Source: Candidatus Latescibacterota bacterium
Lineage (GTDB): Bacteria > Latescibacterota > UBA2968 > UBA8231
DNA: 46,020 bases
Assembly (NCBI GenBank): GCA_965205655.1
Contig: CBDBIJ010000114.1
Coordinates: 1 to 46,020, forward strand
Reading direction: 5' to 3'
Each line of letters starts with the position of its first letter. The first letter of the stretch is position 1. Below the pieces are notes generated by a model, which was not told where the DNA came from, searched no databases, and worked only from the letters and a program-made list of their open reading frames with translations. Position numbers and translations under genes: made by a program. This document shows, piece after piece, positions 28,792 through 39,173 of this stretch.

Positions 28792-30980
28792 GAGGCCACG
28801 CCCCCACCCTCATCACCTTCGCTTTCGGCGCTTTGCGGCGCCCGGGCGATCCACAATTCCGTCAACAGCAGGATAACTGCGGCCAGCAGGCATTGACGCC
28901 ACAGCTCGCGTCCGAACCGACGCGCCAGGACCGCCTCTCGCAGGTCTTCGCCGGGCTGAACGAGGTGAAGCCGCTCTGGATCGAGGAGCCGTTCGATCAC
29001 CTCACTTTGCACAGGGGCGAGGTCGGATTCGCGCGTGTCCACATTCACTGGAAAACGGTCCACCACCTCTCCGTCTCTGACCAACCGCCAGATGCCGGCC
29101 TCGTCGAGTCGCGGGATTCGCCACTGCGGGCGGTGGCCGCCGCGATCGGCCTCGATGTAGAGCCGCCTGCCAGAGGGTGCCTCAGCCTGGAGCGCCTGAT
29201 CACCGCTGAGCTGGGCCAGATGTCGGCGTACGGTCTGGCCTACCGCGTAGGATTCCCGCTGTTGGGGGGGCTGCCCGAGGAACCGACAGAGTCGGTGAAG
29301 GAGAGGAGCGAAGAGGCCCTTCAAGGGCATGTCGCTCCAGGCCAAGTCGAGGGGGACGGTAGAAAGCACCGCCCGGCCGCTCCCGGCTCGGCCCAGCGCC
29401 AGCGCCATGCGGCCGTCGCCGTAGGAGACGAGGGCCTCCAGGCCCTCTGATTCGCCATCGGCAGCCACCTGAAATGAGGCCCAGAAGCGGGGGCGCTCCT
29501 CTTGAGAGGATGACCACAGTCCCTCGAAGATGGGGTGGTGATAGGGGCGTGTGGGGTCCAGCGATTCGAAGGACGCACTAGCCCCTGCCTGCGGACTGCC
29601 GGCCACTTTTTGCAGCGACAAGGGTAGCAGTCCGGGCAGCAGATGCCTGTTGTAGTAGCTCATGTCGGCCCGAGGCGAGGGAAAGATGAGGGCGCCGCCT
29701 CCGGAGGACACGAAGCGGTGAAGAGCGATATTGTTATCGCGACTCAGGCGTTCGACATTACACAGAACGACGACGTCAGTGTCGCGCAGCAGTGCCTCCA
29801 TATCGCCAAGCGAGCGGGAGCGAACACGAAGTACGGGATCGGTCTGGGCGGCAGCCTCCAGGGCCCTTCTGGCGTAGTAGGTGTCTTCGGATCGCGGCCC
29901 GACGAGAAGAAGGCGAATCGTTTCGGGGACATGAATGGCGAAGTATCGATGGTTGTCGAGAGGCAGAGCGTCGGTATCGACGTGCACGTAGCCGGTCAGC
30001 CGGCCCGGCCGCCGCGGAGCGACTGCGAACTCGACCTCGACGCGGGAGTGAGAGGGCAGGTCGAGGACGCGACGTTGAACTCGCTCGCCGTCGAGATACA
30101 GATCGACAGGCGCGTCCGACTGCTCGCGGGAGGAGGCGTTAACGACGAGGGCTCGAAAATCGAGCTTGCGGTCCGGAGATGCCATCCAGCGCTCGATGTG
30201 GATGGACTCGATGAAGATGTTGGGTCGCTCGGCGTCGACACCCACTTCACCGAGCACGAACACCCGCACCCCCGGCAATCGAGCGCCGCCGCCGACATCG
30301 CCCTGGAGATCGACGTCACCGGCGCGGTGGGAGCCGAGCGGCTCTGCCTCACTCCAGTTGTGACGAGCGCCGTCGGTGAACAGGAGCAGCTCCCGGTTCC
30401 AAGCAGCCTGGTCGGCAAACCGAGCGTCGGCGAAGTGGCGCTCGGCGAATCGGAGTGCCAGGTCGATTCTGGTCGGCTCCTGGCTCACCGTCAAGCGATT
30501 CACCATGTCCACCGCCTCGGTTTTGTCGTCGGGCCTTCGCAGCCCCACCGGCCGGCTGTCGAACTGGACGATGCGGACATCGTCTGCAGAAGAGAACAGC
30601 TCAAGAGAGGCGACGAGGTCGTCACGCAGGCGATCGAAGACGCGACCGGCCGGCGTGCGGTAGGCAGTACTGAAGGATCGATCGAGGAGCAGGAGGGCCG
30701 CCGTCGGTGTGGTGCTGCCGAGGAACCCTCCTCCTCCCCCGGATCGAAATGCCGGTCGGGCGAAGGCCGCCACGATGAGGATGATGGCCAGCGTCCTGAG
30801 CAGGAGGACGAGCCACTGCCGCAGCTGCAACCGACGCATGCGGCGCTGGTGTACGGCTCTCAGAAAGGCGACGTTGCTGAAAGGCAGCGGCTTCGTCCGG
30901 CCCCGGTGAAGCAGGTGGAGGGCCAGAGGGATGAGAGCTGCCGACAGCCCGAGGAGGGCTATGGGATTTAGAAACTGCAG
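28746..30980 (-). CDS. BatA N-terminal domain / vWA / Ig-like membrane protein; start extended to a probable CTG at 30980
   Basis: The in-frame upstream extension reads LQFLNPIALLGLSAALIPLALHLL...PFSNVAFL (BatA motif). Also LLDRSFS (MIDAS-like), LFTDG, DALPLDNHRY, VNVDTRESDL and a C-terminal TM. Confidence 0.85.
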   Translation of the reverse strand: MQFLNPIALLGLSAALIPLALHLLHRGRTKPLPFSNVAFLRAVHQRRMRRLQLRQWLVLLLRTLAIILIVAAFARPAFRSGGGGGFLGSTTPTAALLLLDRSFSTAYRTPAGRVFDRLRDDLVASLELFSSADDVRIVQFDSRPVGLRRPDDKTEAVDMVNRLTVSQEPTRIDLALRFAERHFADARFADQAAWNRELLLFTDGARHNWSEAEPLGSHRAGDVDLQGDVGGGARLPGVRVFVLGEVGVDAERPNIFIESIHIERWMASPDRKLDFRALVVNASSREQSDAPVDLYLDGERVQRRVLDLPSHSRVEVEFAVAPRRPGRLTGYVHVDTDALPLDNHRYFAIHVPETIRLLLVGPRSEDTYYARRALEAAAQTDPVLRVRSRSLGDMEALLRDTDVVVLCNVERLSRDNNIALHRFVSSGGGALIFPSPRADMSYYNRHLLPGLLPLSLQKVAGSPQAGASASFESLDPTRPYHHPIFEGLWSSSQEERPRFWASFQVAADGESEGLEALVSYGDGRMALALGRAGSGRAVLSTVPLDLAWSDMPLKGLFAPLLHRLCRFLGQPPQQRESYAVGQTVRRHLAQLSGDQALQAEAPSGRRLYIEADRGGHRPQWRIPRLDEAGIWRLVRDGEVVDRFPVNVDTRESDLAPVQSEVIERLLDPERLHLVQPGEDLREAVLARRFGRELWRQCLLAAVILLLTELWIARAPQSAESEGDEGGGVASYSPPSTRSRKASNV

Positions 30981-30989
30981 AAAAGAGAC

Positions 30990-31463
30990 TCAGACAGCAG
31001 AGGGGTGCTTTTCTTCCTCGGTCTCTATGGCGCTCATGATCTCCTCTGGCGAGGCGGCGTCGATGAGCGACTTCTTGAATTCGTCATTCTTCAATAGACG
31101 CGAGATTCGAGCGAGGGCTTTTATGTGTGGGCCGGAGAGATTCGCCGGAGAGACGAGCAGAAAAAACACGAAGGCGGGCTCGCCATCCAGCGCTTCGAAG
31201 TCGACGCCACGCTTGTGTGTGCCCAGAGCCGCGCCGAGCCGTATGACGGCGTCGGACTTGCCGTGGGGTATGGCGATGCCATCCCCGATCCCCGTGCTCA
31301 TGATATTCTCGCGTTCGAGCACAGCGTGCAGGACCTTCTCCCGATCGGTGATCACCTCGCCATCCTCCAATGAGTCGACGAGCTCGCGGATAATCCCGTC
31401 CTTCGAATTCGACTGGAGCCCGACGATGGTGGAACGAACGGGGAGGATGTCCAACAACGTCAT
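30990..31463 (-). CDS. PTS EIIA domain protein (PtsN / fructose-mannitol-type IIA)
   Basis: VLERENIMSTGIGDGIAIPHG, GVDFEALDGEP, HIKALARISRLL. Confidence 0.92.
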   Translation of the reverse strand: MTLLDILPVRSTIVGLQSNSKDGIIRELVDSLEDGEVITDREKVLHAVLERENIMSTGIGDGIAIPHGKSDAVIRLGAALGTHKRGVDFEALDGEPAFVFFLLVSPANLSGPHIKALARISRLLKNDEFKKSLIDAASPEEIMSAIETEEEKHPSAV

Positions 31464-31624
31464 ATTTCCGTCACTTCCGAGCTGTTAAGGTGCAAAACTA
31501 GCCGAGATTCACGGAATATAACCGAAGGATTGGCAATTAGCCACCAGAGGGCTTCGCAGCGTCGGCTCATCGGCGCCGCGGCCTGCACCCCAGTCTACTC
31601 TCGCCGGCGTTTTCAGGTTTGAAG

Positions 31625-33028
31625 ATGGCGTCTCGTACCGCATTGGTCATTGCCTACCACTACCCGCCGATCCGCTCGGCGGGGGTCGAGCGCACTGTCA
31701 AGTTCGAGCGCTATCTGCCCGAGTTCGGCTATCGCACCAGCGTTTTGACGACAGCGGCGTTCGGAGGCGTTTCAGACGGCCGCATCAGGCGCGCCTGGGA
31801 GCCCCTCGGGCTCTACCGCCAGCTGTTCAATCGCGCCGCTCGCAGAGACCGACAGGCAGCCTCGCGGGTGCGAACAGGTCGCCGGCGTGGTGGTGACGGC
31901 AGGCGGGGTAGCCGGGGATCCGGTCTGGCTCGCTGGCTCCTGATTCCAGACGGACAGATCCTGTGGCTGCCGGCGGCGCTTGCCAAGGGCCTTCGGTACC
32001 TGCGTCGAGAGCCAGTCGATCTCATCTACTCCACCTCGCCGCCGGCCTCCGCCCACTTGATCGCCCTCCTGCTGGCGGAGCTGACCGGCCTGCCCTGGGT
32101 TGCTGATTTTCGCGACTCCTGGGTCTACGATCCCCTCGATCCGGCTCTCCTCGAAATGACCTACCGTCACGAGTTGGAGCGCCGCTTCGAGGAAGCGGTG
32201 GTGAGTCGCGCGGACGCGACCCTGGCGGCGACCAGGATCAGCGCCAACCACTTGAGATGGTCCTACGCCGGGGCCGCAGATCGAATCCACGTCATCACCA
32301 ACGGCTTCGATCCCGAGGAGGTGGAGATAGCGGTAACCGGCTCGGTTCCGGAGAGTCTCTTGTTCAACTCCGAGGGACGCGACGAACAGGTGGCCACCGA
32401 TTTCTCGATTGAGCCATCGAACCCGGAAGAGGGCGGCGAGCGACCGCTGCGAGTCGTACACACAGGCTCGTTCTCTGCGAGTCATCCCGAGCGCACGCCG
32501 TCGGCATTGTTCGCGGCGCTTCGATCGCTCCTCGAAGACGATGCCAGGTGGGCCCGCCGTCTCGAAGTGTCGCTGGTCGGTCGACTCAACCGGGCGGAAG
32601 CGCGGCAGGCGGCGGATCTGGTGCAGACCGGGATCCTCAGTCACCGTGACGAGGTCGCCCGGGGGACGGCGCTCAGTCTTCAGAGCCGCGCCGACGTTCT
32701 CCTTCTCGTCGATCACGCAAGACCGTGGCCGGGCTCCAACGTGCCGGGGAAGTTCTTCGACTATCTCGGCATCGGGCGACCGATCCTGGCGTTGTGCGGC
32801 GCTGGAGCAGTGGCTGATTTGATGGCGGAACTGGATGCGGGCGTCAGGGCGGCGCCGGATGAGCCAGCCGCGATCCGCGGCGCCCTCGAAGAGATGCACC
32901 GACGCTTCCGCGCCGGATCTCTGGCGCGAGATCAAACGCGGGATCTGCGCAGGTTCCACCGTCGCGAGCTCAGCCGCCAGCTGGCGGCCTGCTTCGACTT
33001 CGTGCTTGGCAGGCGCACGGGTGTGTGA
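31625..33028 (+). CDS. GT4-like glycosyltransferase
   Basis: IAYHYPP..SAGVER, STSPPASAHL, PWVADFRDSW, ITNGFD, PGKFFDYL. Confidence 0.88.
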   Translation: MASRTALVIAYHYPPIRSAGVERTVKFERYLPEFGYRTSVLTTAAFGGVSDGRIRRAWEPLGLYRQLFNRAARRDRQAASRVRTGRRRGGDGRRGSRGSGLARWLLIPDGQILWLPAALAKGLRYLRREPVDLIYSTSPPASAHLIALLLAELTGLPWVADFRDSWVYDPLDPALLEMTYRHELERRFEEAVVSRADATLAATRISANHLRWSYAGAADRIHVITNGFDPEEVEIAVTGSVPESLLFNSEGRDEQVATDFSIEPSNPEEGGERPLRVVHTGSFSASHPERTPSALFAALRSLLEDDARWARRLEVSLVGRLNRAEARQAADLVQTGILSHRDEVARGTALSLQSRADVLLLVDHARPWPGSNVPGKFFDYLGIGRPILALCGAGAVADLMAELDAGVRAAPDEPAAIRGALEEMHRRFRAGSLARDQTRDLRRFHRRELSRQLAACFDFVLGRRTGV

Positions 33029-34380
33029 GGGTGAACATCCTCCACAAACTGGGTCTATCAGATTGGCAGCGGCCCCGGCGACTGGCATGGGCGGTGTTCA
33101 CCTTCGCTGTAGTTATTCGCCTTGGAAACATCCTTGTCACGGGGGAACGTCCGGCAGGAGACACATCCGACTACGACGAGATCGCGCTCAATCTCCTGGC
33201 GGGGGAGGGTTTCGTGGCCAGAGAAAACTGGCACGGCTTCGAACTGCGATCCTGGCGTCCGCCGCTGTATCCGTTTTTTCTGGCAGCCATCTACGGAGTG
33301 TTCGGATATCATCACCTGCCCGTGATGCTCGCCCAGGCCCTGCTCGGGGCCGCCGCCGTATTGTTGCTGTATCTGCTCTCCCGCAGGCTGCACCGGCCCT
33401 CGGCCTTGGCTACCGGTGTAATCGGCTCTCTCTACGGTCCGATCATCGACGGCGTCAACACCGTGATGTCGGAGACGGTGTTCACGTTTCTGGTGCTACT
33501 GTCCATCTATCTCTGCGTTGGCTGCGTCGATCGGCGCGCCGAGCCGCAGGGGCGGGTAGAGAGATCGGTGCATATCGGGAAACGCTGGAGGTGGTTCGCG
33601 TCCGGCGTCTCCATCGGCCTCGCCGCACTCACGCGGCCGGCGGGCCTGGCGCTGTGGGCGGTGGCGCTCCTGCTGCCGATGTGGGAGCGCACCTGCGGCA
33701 GAGCCGCAGGAGTTCAATGGCGTGGCTGGCTGTTGTTGAGCCTCGGCGCGCTCATGTGCCTGGCGCCCTGGACAGCTCGTAACTACCAGATCCACGGCTC
33801 CTTTGTGGCGATCTCGACGCAGGCCGGGTTCATCATCGCCCGCAGCAACACCGCAGAGCCGGCGTGGCGTCAAGAGCGGGGCTGGGGGATCGAGCGCAGC
33901 GTCTTCGAGCGTCTGCCCTCGGAAATCGAGCGCGACCGACACTGGTTCCGTGAAGGATTCTCTTTCGTTCAGTCGCATCCGGCGCGGTATCTGAGGCTGG
34001 CGATGGAGAAGTTCCTCCGCTTCTGGTACTTCATGCGACCGGATTACGATTTCTGGTACATGTCCGTCCTCCCTTTTTTCGCCCTCGGCCTATGGCGATA
34101 TGGTTTCGCCCAGCACTTCCGCTATCTGAGCGCTTTCGGGGCGGCATCCCTCACCCTGTTTTGTTTCGTGCTCTACGGCTCGGCCCGTTTCCGACTACCT
34201 CTCGAGCCACTGTTCATCGTTTTCGCGACTGCCTACCTGCGCGACAGCTGGCAGCGCGGCAGGGCCTACACCGCACTCGCTGTGGCGCTCGTCACCGTCC
34301 TCAACGCCGTATGCTGGTGGCACGAAGAAACCCTGCGCCAGCTCATCATCGGGTGCCTGCAGCAGCTGGATCTCAAGTGA
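33025..34380 (+). CDS. GT-C fold membrane glycosyltransferase (ArnT/GT39-like)
   Basis: DTSDYDEIA.NLLAGEG, RPPLYPFFLA, MSETVF, PWTARN, RFRLPLEP; multi-TM. Confidence 0.82.
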   Translation: MRVNILHKLGLSDWQRPRRLAWAVFTFAVVIRLGNILVTGERPAGDTSDYDEIALNLLAGEGFVARENWHGFELRSWRPPLYPFFLAAIYGVFGYHHLPVMLAQALLGAAAVLLLYLLSRRLHRPSALATGVIGSLYGPIIDGVNTVMSETVFTFLVLLSIYLCVGCVDRRAEPQGRVERSVHIGKRWRWFASGVSIGLAALTRPAGLALWAVALLLPMWERTCGRAAGVQWRGWLLLSLGALMCLAPWTARNYQIHGSFVAISTQAGFIIARSNTAEPAWRQERGWGIERSVFERLPSEIERDRHWFREGFSFVQSHPARYLRLAMEKFLRFWYFMRPDYDFWYMSVLPFFALGLWRYGFAQHFRYLSAFGAASLTLFCFVLYGSARFRLPLEPLFIVFATAYLRDSWQRGRAYTALAVALVTVLNAVCWWHEETLRQLIIGCLQQLDLK

Positions 34381-35345
34381 AGTCCTCGCGCCGCCCGCCG
34401 GTCCTGTCCATCTGCATCGTCAACTGGAACACGAGCGGTCTGCTGCGCGAATGCCTCGAGTCTCTCTATGTCGATGAAGCCGCAGCCACGTGGGAGGTGC
34501 TCGTCGTCGACAACGGATCGATCGACGACTCGGTGGACATGGTGAAATCGTCGTTCCCACAAACCGATCTCATCACCAGCGCCGAGAATCTCGGCTTCAG
34601 CGGGGGCAGCAATCTGGCCCTCGAGAAAGCGACCGGCGACTACCTGCTCCTGCTCAACACCGATACCCGGGTGGAGCCCGGGGCCCTGTCGAAAATGGTC
34701 GAGCACATGGCCGCCAACACGCAGATCGGGGCCCTCGGGCCGCGACTCGTAGACGGCGATGGACGGCTCGAGCTCTCCTGCGGCAGGCGCCCGAATCTCA
34801 CCTCCGAAATCGTGCATAAATTGTTATTGCACAAAGCCTTTCCGTTTTTTAGATTTGGCCGCTGGCACCACCGTAGCACGCGCTGCGTTGGGTGGGTTAC
34901 GGGGGCCTGCCTCATGGTGCGCCGGGAGGCGGCGGAACAGACTGGATTCCTCGACCAGCGCTTCTTTATGTGCTTCGAGGACCTCGACTGGTGCATGAGA
35001 ATTCAACGCCGGGGTTGGCAGATCGTCTACTATCCCCACTGCCAGGTCATCCACTACGGAGGCCAGAGCATCGGCCGCAACCTGGGGGAAATGCTCGTGG
35101 TCAGCCAAAAGAGTCTTTACTACTTGTTTTACAAGCACTTCGGCTCAGGCAGCGTGGCCCTGCTCCGGGTCTTGACCGTGGTGGAAATGGTGCTGAGATC
35201 GGCGCTATGGTCGGCGACATTCATCCTGATGCCGAAGTCACGCCCTGAAGGGCGTGTGAGACTTCGGGCCTATCGTCATATTCTCTCCAAGACGCTCTTC
35301 GAGTTCTCCTATTGGGGTCCCGCGACATCATCTGAGTCTTCCTGA
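34377..35345 (+). CDS. GT2 glycosyltransferase (rhamnosyltransferase-like)
   Basis: SICIVNWN, VVDNGSIDDS, LLLNTDT, GACLMVR, EDLDWC; GTG start at 34377. Confidence 0.88.
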   Translation: MKSSRRPPVLSICIVNWNTSGLLRECLESLYVDEAAATWEVLVVDNGSIDDSVDMVKSSFPQTDLITSAENLGFSGGSNLALEKATGDYLLLLNTDTRVEPGALSKMVEHMAANTQIGALGPRLVDGDGRLELSCGRRPNLTSEIVHKLLLHKAFPFFRFGRWHHRSTRCVGWVTGACLMVRREAAEQTGFLDQRFFMCFEDLDWCMRIQRRGWQIVYYPHCQVIHYGGQSIGRNLGEMLVVSQKSLYYLFYKHFGSGSVALLRVLTVVEMVLRSALWSATFILMPKSRPEGRVRLRAYRHILSKTLFEFSYWGPATSSESS

Positions 35346-35383
35346 CGCCTCCCGTCGCAGTCAGACAAGGAAATCGTAGCATC

Positions 35384-36538
35384 GTGAGCGATCGGATTCC
35401 CCTATTCAGGCCCTCCTTCGGCGAGCGGGAGTGCCGCGCCCTGCAGGAAACGGCGATGAGCGGCTGGCTCGGCAGCGGCCCGCGGGCGATCGAGTTCGAG
35501 GAGTCGTTCGCCAGCTTCACAGGTCGCACAGAGGCCGTGTCGCTGAATTCGGCCACGGCGGCCCTCCATCTGGCGTTCCTGACCGCCGACGTCGAGGGCC
35601 AGGAGGTACTCACGACCTCCATGACCTTCGTCTCCACGAATCAGGCGATCCTGCACGCCGGTGGCCGGCCGGTGTTCTGCGACATCGATCCGGGGACGAT
35701 GACGATCGACCCGGCAGACGTGGCCCGAAAGGTCACACCGACGACCCGCGCCATCGCCGTGGTGCATTACGGTGGCCACGCCTGCGAGATGGACCCTATC
35801 CTCGAACTGGCCGACGCTCACGGGCTGTGGATCATAGAGGACGTGGCTCAGGGATGCGGGGGGCGCTATCGCGATCGCATGCTCGGGTCGCTCGGCTACA
35901 TTGGCTGTTTTAGCTTTCAGGCGACGAAGAACATGACCACCGGCGACGGAGGCATGTTGGTAACCGACGATTCGGCGGTGGCGGAGCGGGCGCGCAAGCT
36001 CCGATGGCTGGGCATCACCCGTCCCACCTGGGACCGCTTCAAGCCGAGCGAAGAGCGCCGTAACTGGGTGTACGACGTGGAGGAGGTGGGATTCAAATAC
36101 CAGATGACGGATCTGGCAGCGGCGCTGGGCCTGGTGCAGCTGGACCGCCTCGAGGAACTCATCGCCAAGCGGCGATTCCTGCTGGACCGCTATCGCAGTG
36201 AGATCGACCAGATCGACGGCGTCACCCTGCTCGAAAGCAGAGACTACGCCACCAGCGCGTGCTACAATGCCGTCATCACGACAGACCGGCGCGACGAGCT
36301 CTACGCGTACCTGGACCAACACGGCATCGATTCGAATGTGCATTTTTACCCCAACCACCTGTTCAGCATCTTTCGCTCCTATACGACGCGCCTGCCGGTT
36401 GCGGAAAGGGAATGGCAGCGTATTCTGTCGATTCCCCTTTACCCTGACCTCCAGCTCGAGGAACAGGACCGCGTCATCGGCTGCCTCAAATCCTTCGCGA
36501 GCGGACAGTCGGCCCCCGCCCAGTCGCGCGCCGGATGA
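35384..36538 (+). CDS. DegT/DnrJ/EryC1/StrS sugar aminotransferase
   Basis: NSATAALHLA, VVHYGG, IEDVAQ, FSFQATKNMTTGDGG (PLP Lys), GFKYQMTD, LSIPLYP. Confidence 0.93.
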   Translation: MSDRIPLFRPSFGERECRALQETAMSGWLGSGPRAIEFEESFASFTGRTEAVSLNSATAALHLAFLTADVEGQEVLTTSMTFVSTNQAILHAGGRPVFCDIDPGTMTIDPADVARKVTPTTRAIAVVHYGGHACEMDPILELADAHGLWIIEDVAQGCGGRYRDRMLGSLGYIGCFSFQATKNMTTGDGGMLVTDDSAVAERARKLRWLGITRPTWDRFKPSEERRNWVYDVEEVGFKYQMTDLAAALGLVQLDRLEELIAKRRFLLDRYRSEIDQIDGVTLLESRDYATSACYNAVITTDRRDELYAYLDQHGIDSNVHFYPNHLFSIFRSYTTRLPVAEREWQRILSIPLYPDLQLEEQDRVIGCLKSFASGQSAPAQSRAG

Positions 36539-37635
36539 ACATTCTGTTCGTCACCCAGTACGGCAGCCTGGCTGCCAGCAGCCGGACGCGCGTCTTCCAG
36601 TACCTGCCCTATCTGCACGAGCAAGGAGTACAGACCCGGGTCATCACCGTTCTACCGGATGCCGCGATTGCCGGCTCTCAGGTCGAGGTGAAGCGCAACC
36701 CGTTGAGGAAGATCGCCTACTACATCTGGGCCTCCTGGCGAACGGGCGTCTGCGGTGTGAGAGCCTGGCAGGCGGCGAGAAAGGTCGACATCCTCTTCAT
36801 CCAGAAGGTCATCTTTCCCGCGCCGGTCAGATGGCTCCTGCGGGCCAAGCGCCCAGTCGTCGTCTACGACTTCGACGACGCCATCTTCACGACTGAGGTG
36901 CAGCAGCGGCATTGGTTGGCATCGTGGAAGGAGCGTCGCAACGCCCGCGGCCTGCCTGCCATGCTGCGGCTGGCAGACAGGGCCGTGGTCGAAAACGACT
37001 ACACGGAGGCCTTCGCGGCCAGCTACTGCTCCACCTTCAGGATCACAGGGCCGATCGACACCGAGGCCTACTCCTGTGCGCAGGAGAGCTACCGCAACGG
37101 GCGGCCAGTCGTGCTGGGGTGGATGGGAAGTGCCACGACGCTGCAGTATCTCGAGCTGATCAGGCGACCCCTTTCGCGGCTCGGAAAGCGGTTTCCCAAC
37201 CTTCGGCTGGAGATCGTGGGAGCCCGCGCCACCGGGTTGAACGGGCTGACCGTCGACTCGAGGGAGTGGGACCTGGAACGCGAGGGTGAGGACCTGAGAG
37301 GATTCGATATCGGCCTGATGCCGATTGCCGACGACGCCTGGACGTGGGGAAAGGGGGGCTACAAGCTGCTGCAATACATGGCGGCTGGCTTGCCGGTGGT
37401 GACCAGTCCGGTAGGGATCAACAAGGAGATCGTCACAAACGGTCAGAGTGGGTTCTGGGCCGAGGACGAGGCGGAGTGGGAAGACCGACTGGCCCAACTC
37501 GTCGAGGATTCGCAGCTGAGGCGGGACATGGGCGCAAAGGGACGGGCTGTGGCGGAAGCTCGATATGCCCTCGCCCTCCACCAGGAACGCCTGCACGAGA
37601 TGTTGAGCAGCTTGTGCGCGGAGCGCGGGGACTAG
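36535..37635 (+). CDS. GT4 glycosyltransferase
   Basis: ASSRTRVFQY, YDFDDAIF, GWMGS, GKGGYKLLQYMAAGLPVV.SPVG. Confidence 0.9.
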   Translation: MNILFVTQYGSLAASSRTRVFQYLPYLHEQGVQTRVITVLPDAAIAGSQVEVKRNPLRKIAYYIWASWRTGVCGVRAWQAARKVDILFIQKVIFPAPVRWLLRAKRPVVVYDFDDAIFTTEVQQRHWLASWKERRNARGLPAMLRLADRAVVENDYTEAFAASYCSTFRITGPIDTEAYSCAQESYRNGRPVVLGWMGSATTLQYLELIRRPLSRLGKRFPNLRLEIVGARATGLNGLTVDSREWDLEREGEDLRGFDIGLMPIADDAWTWGKGGYKLLQYMAAGLPVVTSPVGINKEIVTNGQSGFWAEDEAEWEDRLAQLVEDSQLRRDMGAKGRAVAEARYALALHQERLHEMLSSLCAERGD

Positions 37636-37645
37636 GGTTGCACGG

Positions 37646-38494
37646 GTGCTCAATGCCTTCACCGTCGATTTCGAGGACTGGTACCAGGGCCTGGAGATCG
37701 ACCAATTTCAGTGGGGTCAGTACCCGGATCGTCTCGAAATCGGCTGCCGGCGACTCCTGGAGCTCCTCGACGAGGCAGGAGTCCACGCGACATTTTTCGT
37801 GCTCGGGTACGCGGCGGAGCGATTTCCCGAACTGGTGCGTGAAATCCACGCCCGGGGACACGAGATCGGCACCCATGGCCATGGCCATCGATTCGTGTAT
37901 CACCTTGGGCGAGAAGAGTTTCGGGCGGATCTCACGCGTTCGATTGGGATTCTCGAGGAACTTCTCGGAGCACCGATTGTCGGACATCGGGCACCCTACT
38001 TCTCGATCACGGAAGGAGCGGAATGGGCCTTCGATGTGCTGTGTGAATGCGGCATCCGGTTTGACTCGAGTGTCTTTCCAGTGCACAACTACCGCTACGG
38101 GATGCCACAGGCGCCCAGATGGATTCACCAGGTGCGGGATGGATTGGTGGAATTCCCGCTGTCGACGTATGACCTGTGGGGCCGCAACATTCCCATCTCC
38201 GGGGGTGCTTATTTCCGCATACTTCCGTATACTGTTACACGCTTTTGCCTGCGCCGGATCAATGGGGTCGGCCAGCCGGCCGTGTTCTATATCCATCCCT
38301 GGGAACTCGACCCGGAGCAGCCCCGTTTGCGGCTCGCACGGCACATCGCTCTGCCGCACTACTGGAATCTCGACGTCGCCGAGAGCCGGTTGAGGCGTCT
38401 GCTGAGCGACTTCAGCTTCGCGACAATGTCATCGGTACTGGATCAATCTTGTGCGGTGACAGGTCGCAGGGAGGCGGCAAAGGTTGAGCGGTAG
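37646..38494 (+). CDS. Polysaccharide deacetylase (DUF3473-type)
   Basis: TVDFEDWY, ATFFVLG, GHEIGTHGHGH, RAPYFSI, FYIHPWELDP. Confidence 0.92.
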   Translation: MLNAFTVDFEDWYQGLEIDQFQWGQYPDRLEIGCRRLLELLDEAGVHATFFVLGYAAERFPELVREIHARGHEIGTHGHGHRFVYHLGREEFRADLTRSIGILEELLGAPIVGHRAPYFSITEGAEWAFDVLCECGIRFDSSVFPVHNYRYGMPQAPRWIHQVRDGLVEFPLSTYDLWGRNIPISGGAYFRILPYTVTRFCLRRINGVGQPAVFYIHPWELDPEQPRLRLARHIALPHYWNLDVAESRLRRLLSDFSFATMSSVLDQSCAVTGRREAAKVER

Positions 38495-39173
38495 CGTGGC
38501 CGCCGATGCGGTTCGCCGCCATTTCGAGGTGGAGGCGGAACGCTTCGACGCCATCTACTCGGAAGACAAGGTGCTACCGCGAAAAGTGGTGGACCGGCTC
38601 TTCCATCAGGTGGTTCGCCAGCGCTTCGAGCTGGCTGTTGGGTTGTGCGGCGACGTGCGCGGTAAGAGGGTGCTCGACGTAGGGTGTGGATCGGGTCGCT
38701 ACGCCGTGGAGTTCGCGCGTCGGGGAGCTCAGGTGGTAGGGATCGACTTTGCCTCCGCCATGCTCGAAGTCGCCGCGAAGGCGGCCGCCGCGGCCGGAGT
38801 GGCCGGGACCTGCCGGTTCGAGAGCGGGGATTTTTTCGAATGGTGTGAACCACATCACTTCGAAATCTGCCTCGGAATCGGATTTTTTGACTACACCGCC
38901 GAACCGGGCCGTTTCCTGGAGCGGATGCGGAGCCTGACGCTTGAGAGAGGGATTTTCAGCTTTCCGATCCGTTGGACGGCTCGATCCGTGACGAGATGGT
39001 TGCGGCTGCGAATGAGGGGATGTCCCGTGTTCTTTTATGACGACGCCCAGATTCGCCGGACGCTCGTCGCCAAATGGGAACCGGTGGTCATCCACCGACT
39101 GAGCAGGGACTACATCGTTGACGCCAGAGTAGGCTTGAGGACTGAAACTATGCGAAAGCTGGTAACGTCATGA
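38484..39173 (+). CDS. Class I SAM-dependent methyltransferase
   Basis: VLDVGCGSGRY, GIDFASAML, GFFDY. Confidence 0.88.
   Translation: MSGSVAADAVRRHFEVEAERFDAIYSEDKVLPRKVVDRLFHQVVRQRFELAVGLCGDVRGKRVLDVGCGSGRYAVEFARRGAQVVGIDFASAMLEVAAKAAAAAGVAGTCRFESGDFFEWCEPHHFEICLGIGFFDYTAEPGRFLERMRSLTLERGIFSFPIRWTARSVTRWLRLRMRGCPVFFYDDAQIRRTLVAKWEPVVIHRLSRDYIVDARVGLRTETMRKLVTS

Noticed and set aside
29643..30971. Long opposite-strand or alternate-frame ORFs (e.g. 442 aa here, 438 aa at 31772-33088, 338 aa at 23985-25001)
   Set aside because: These are shadow ORFs over well-supported genes, typical of high-GC DNA, and show no recognisable motifs.
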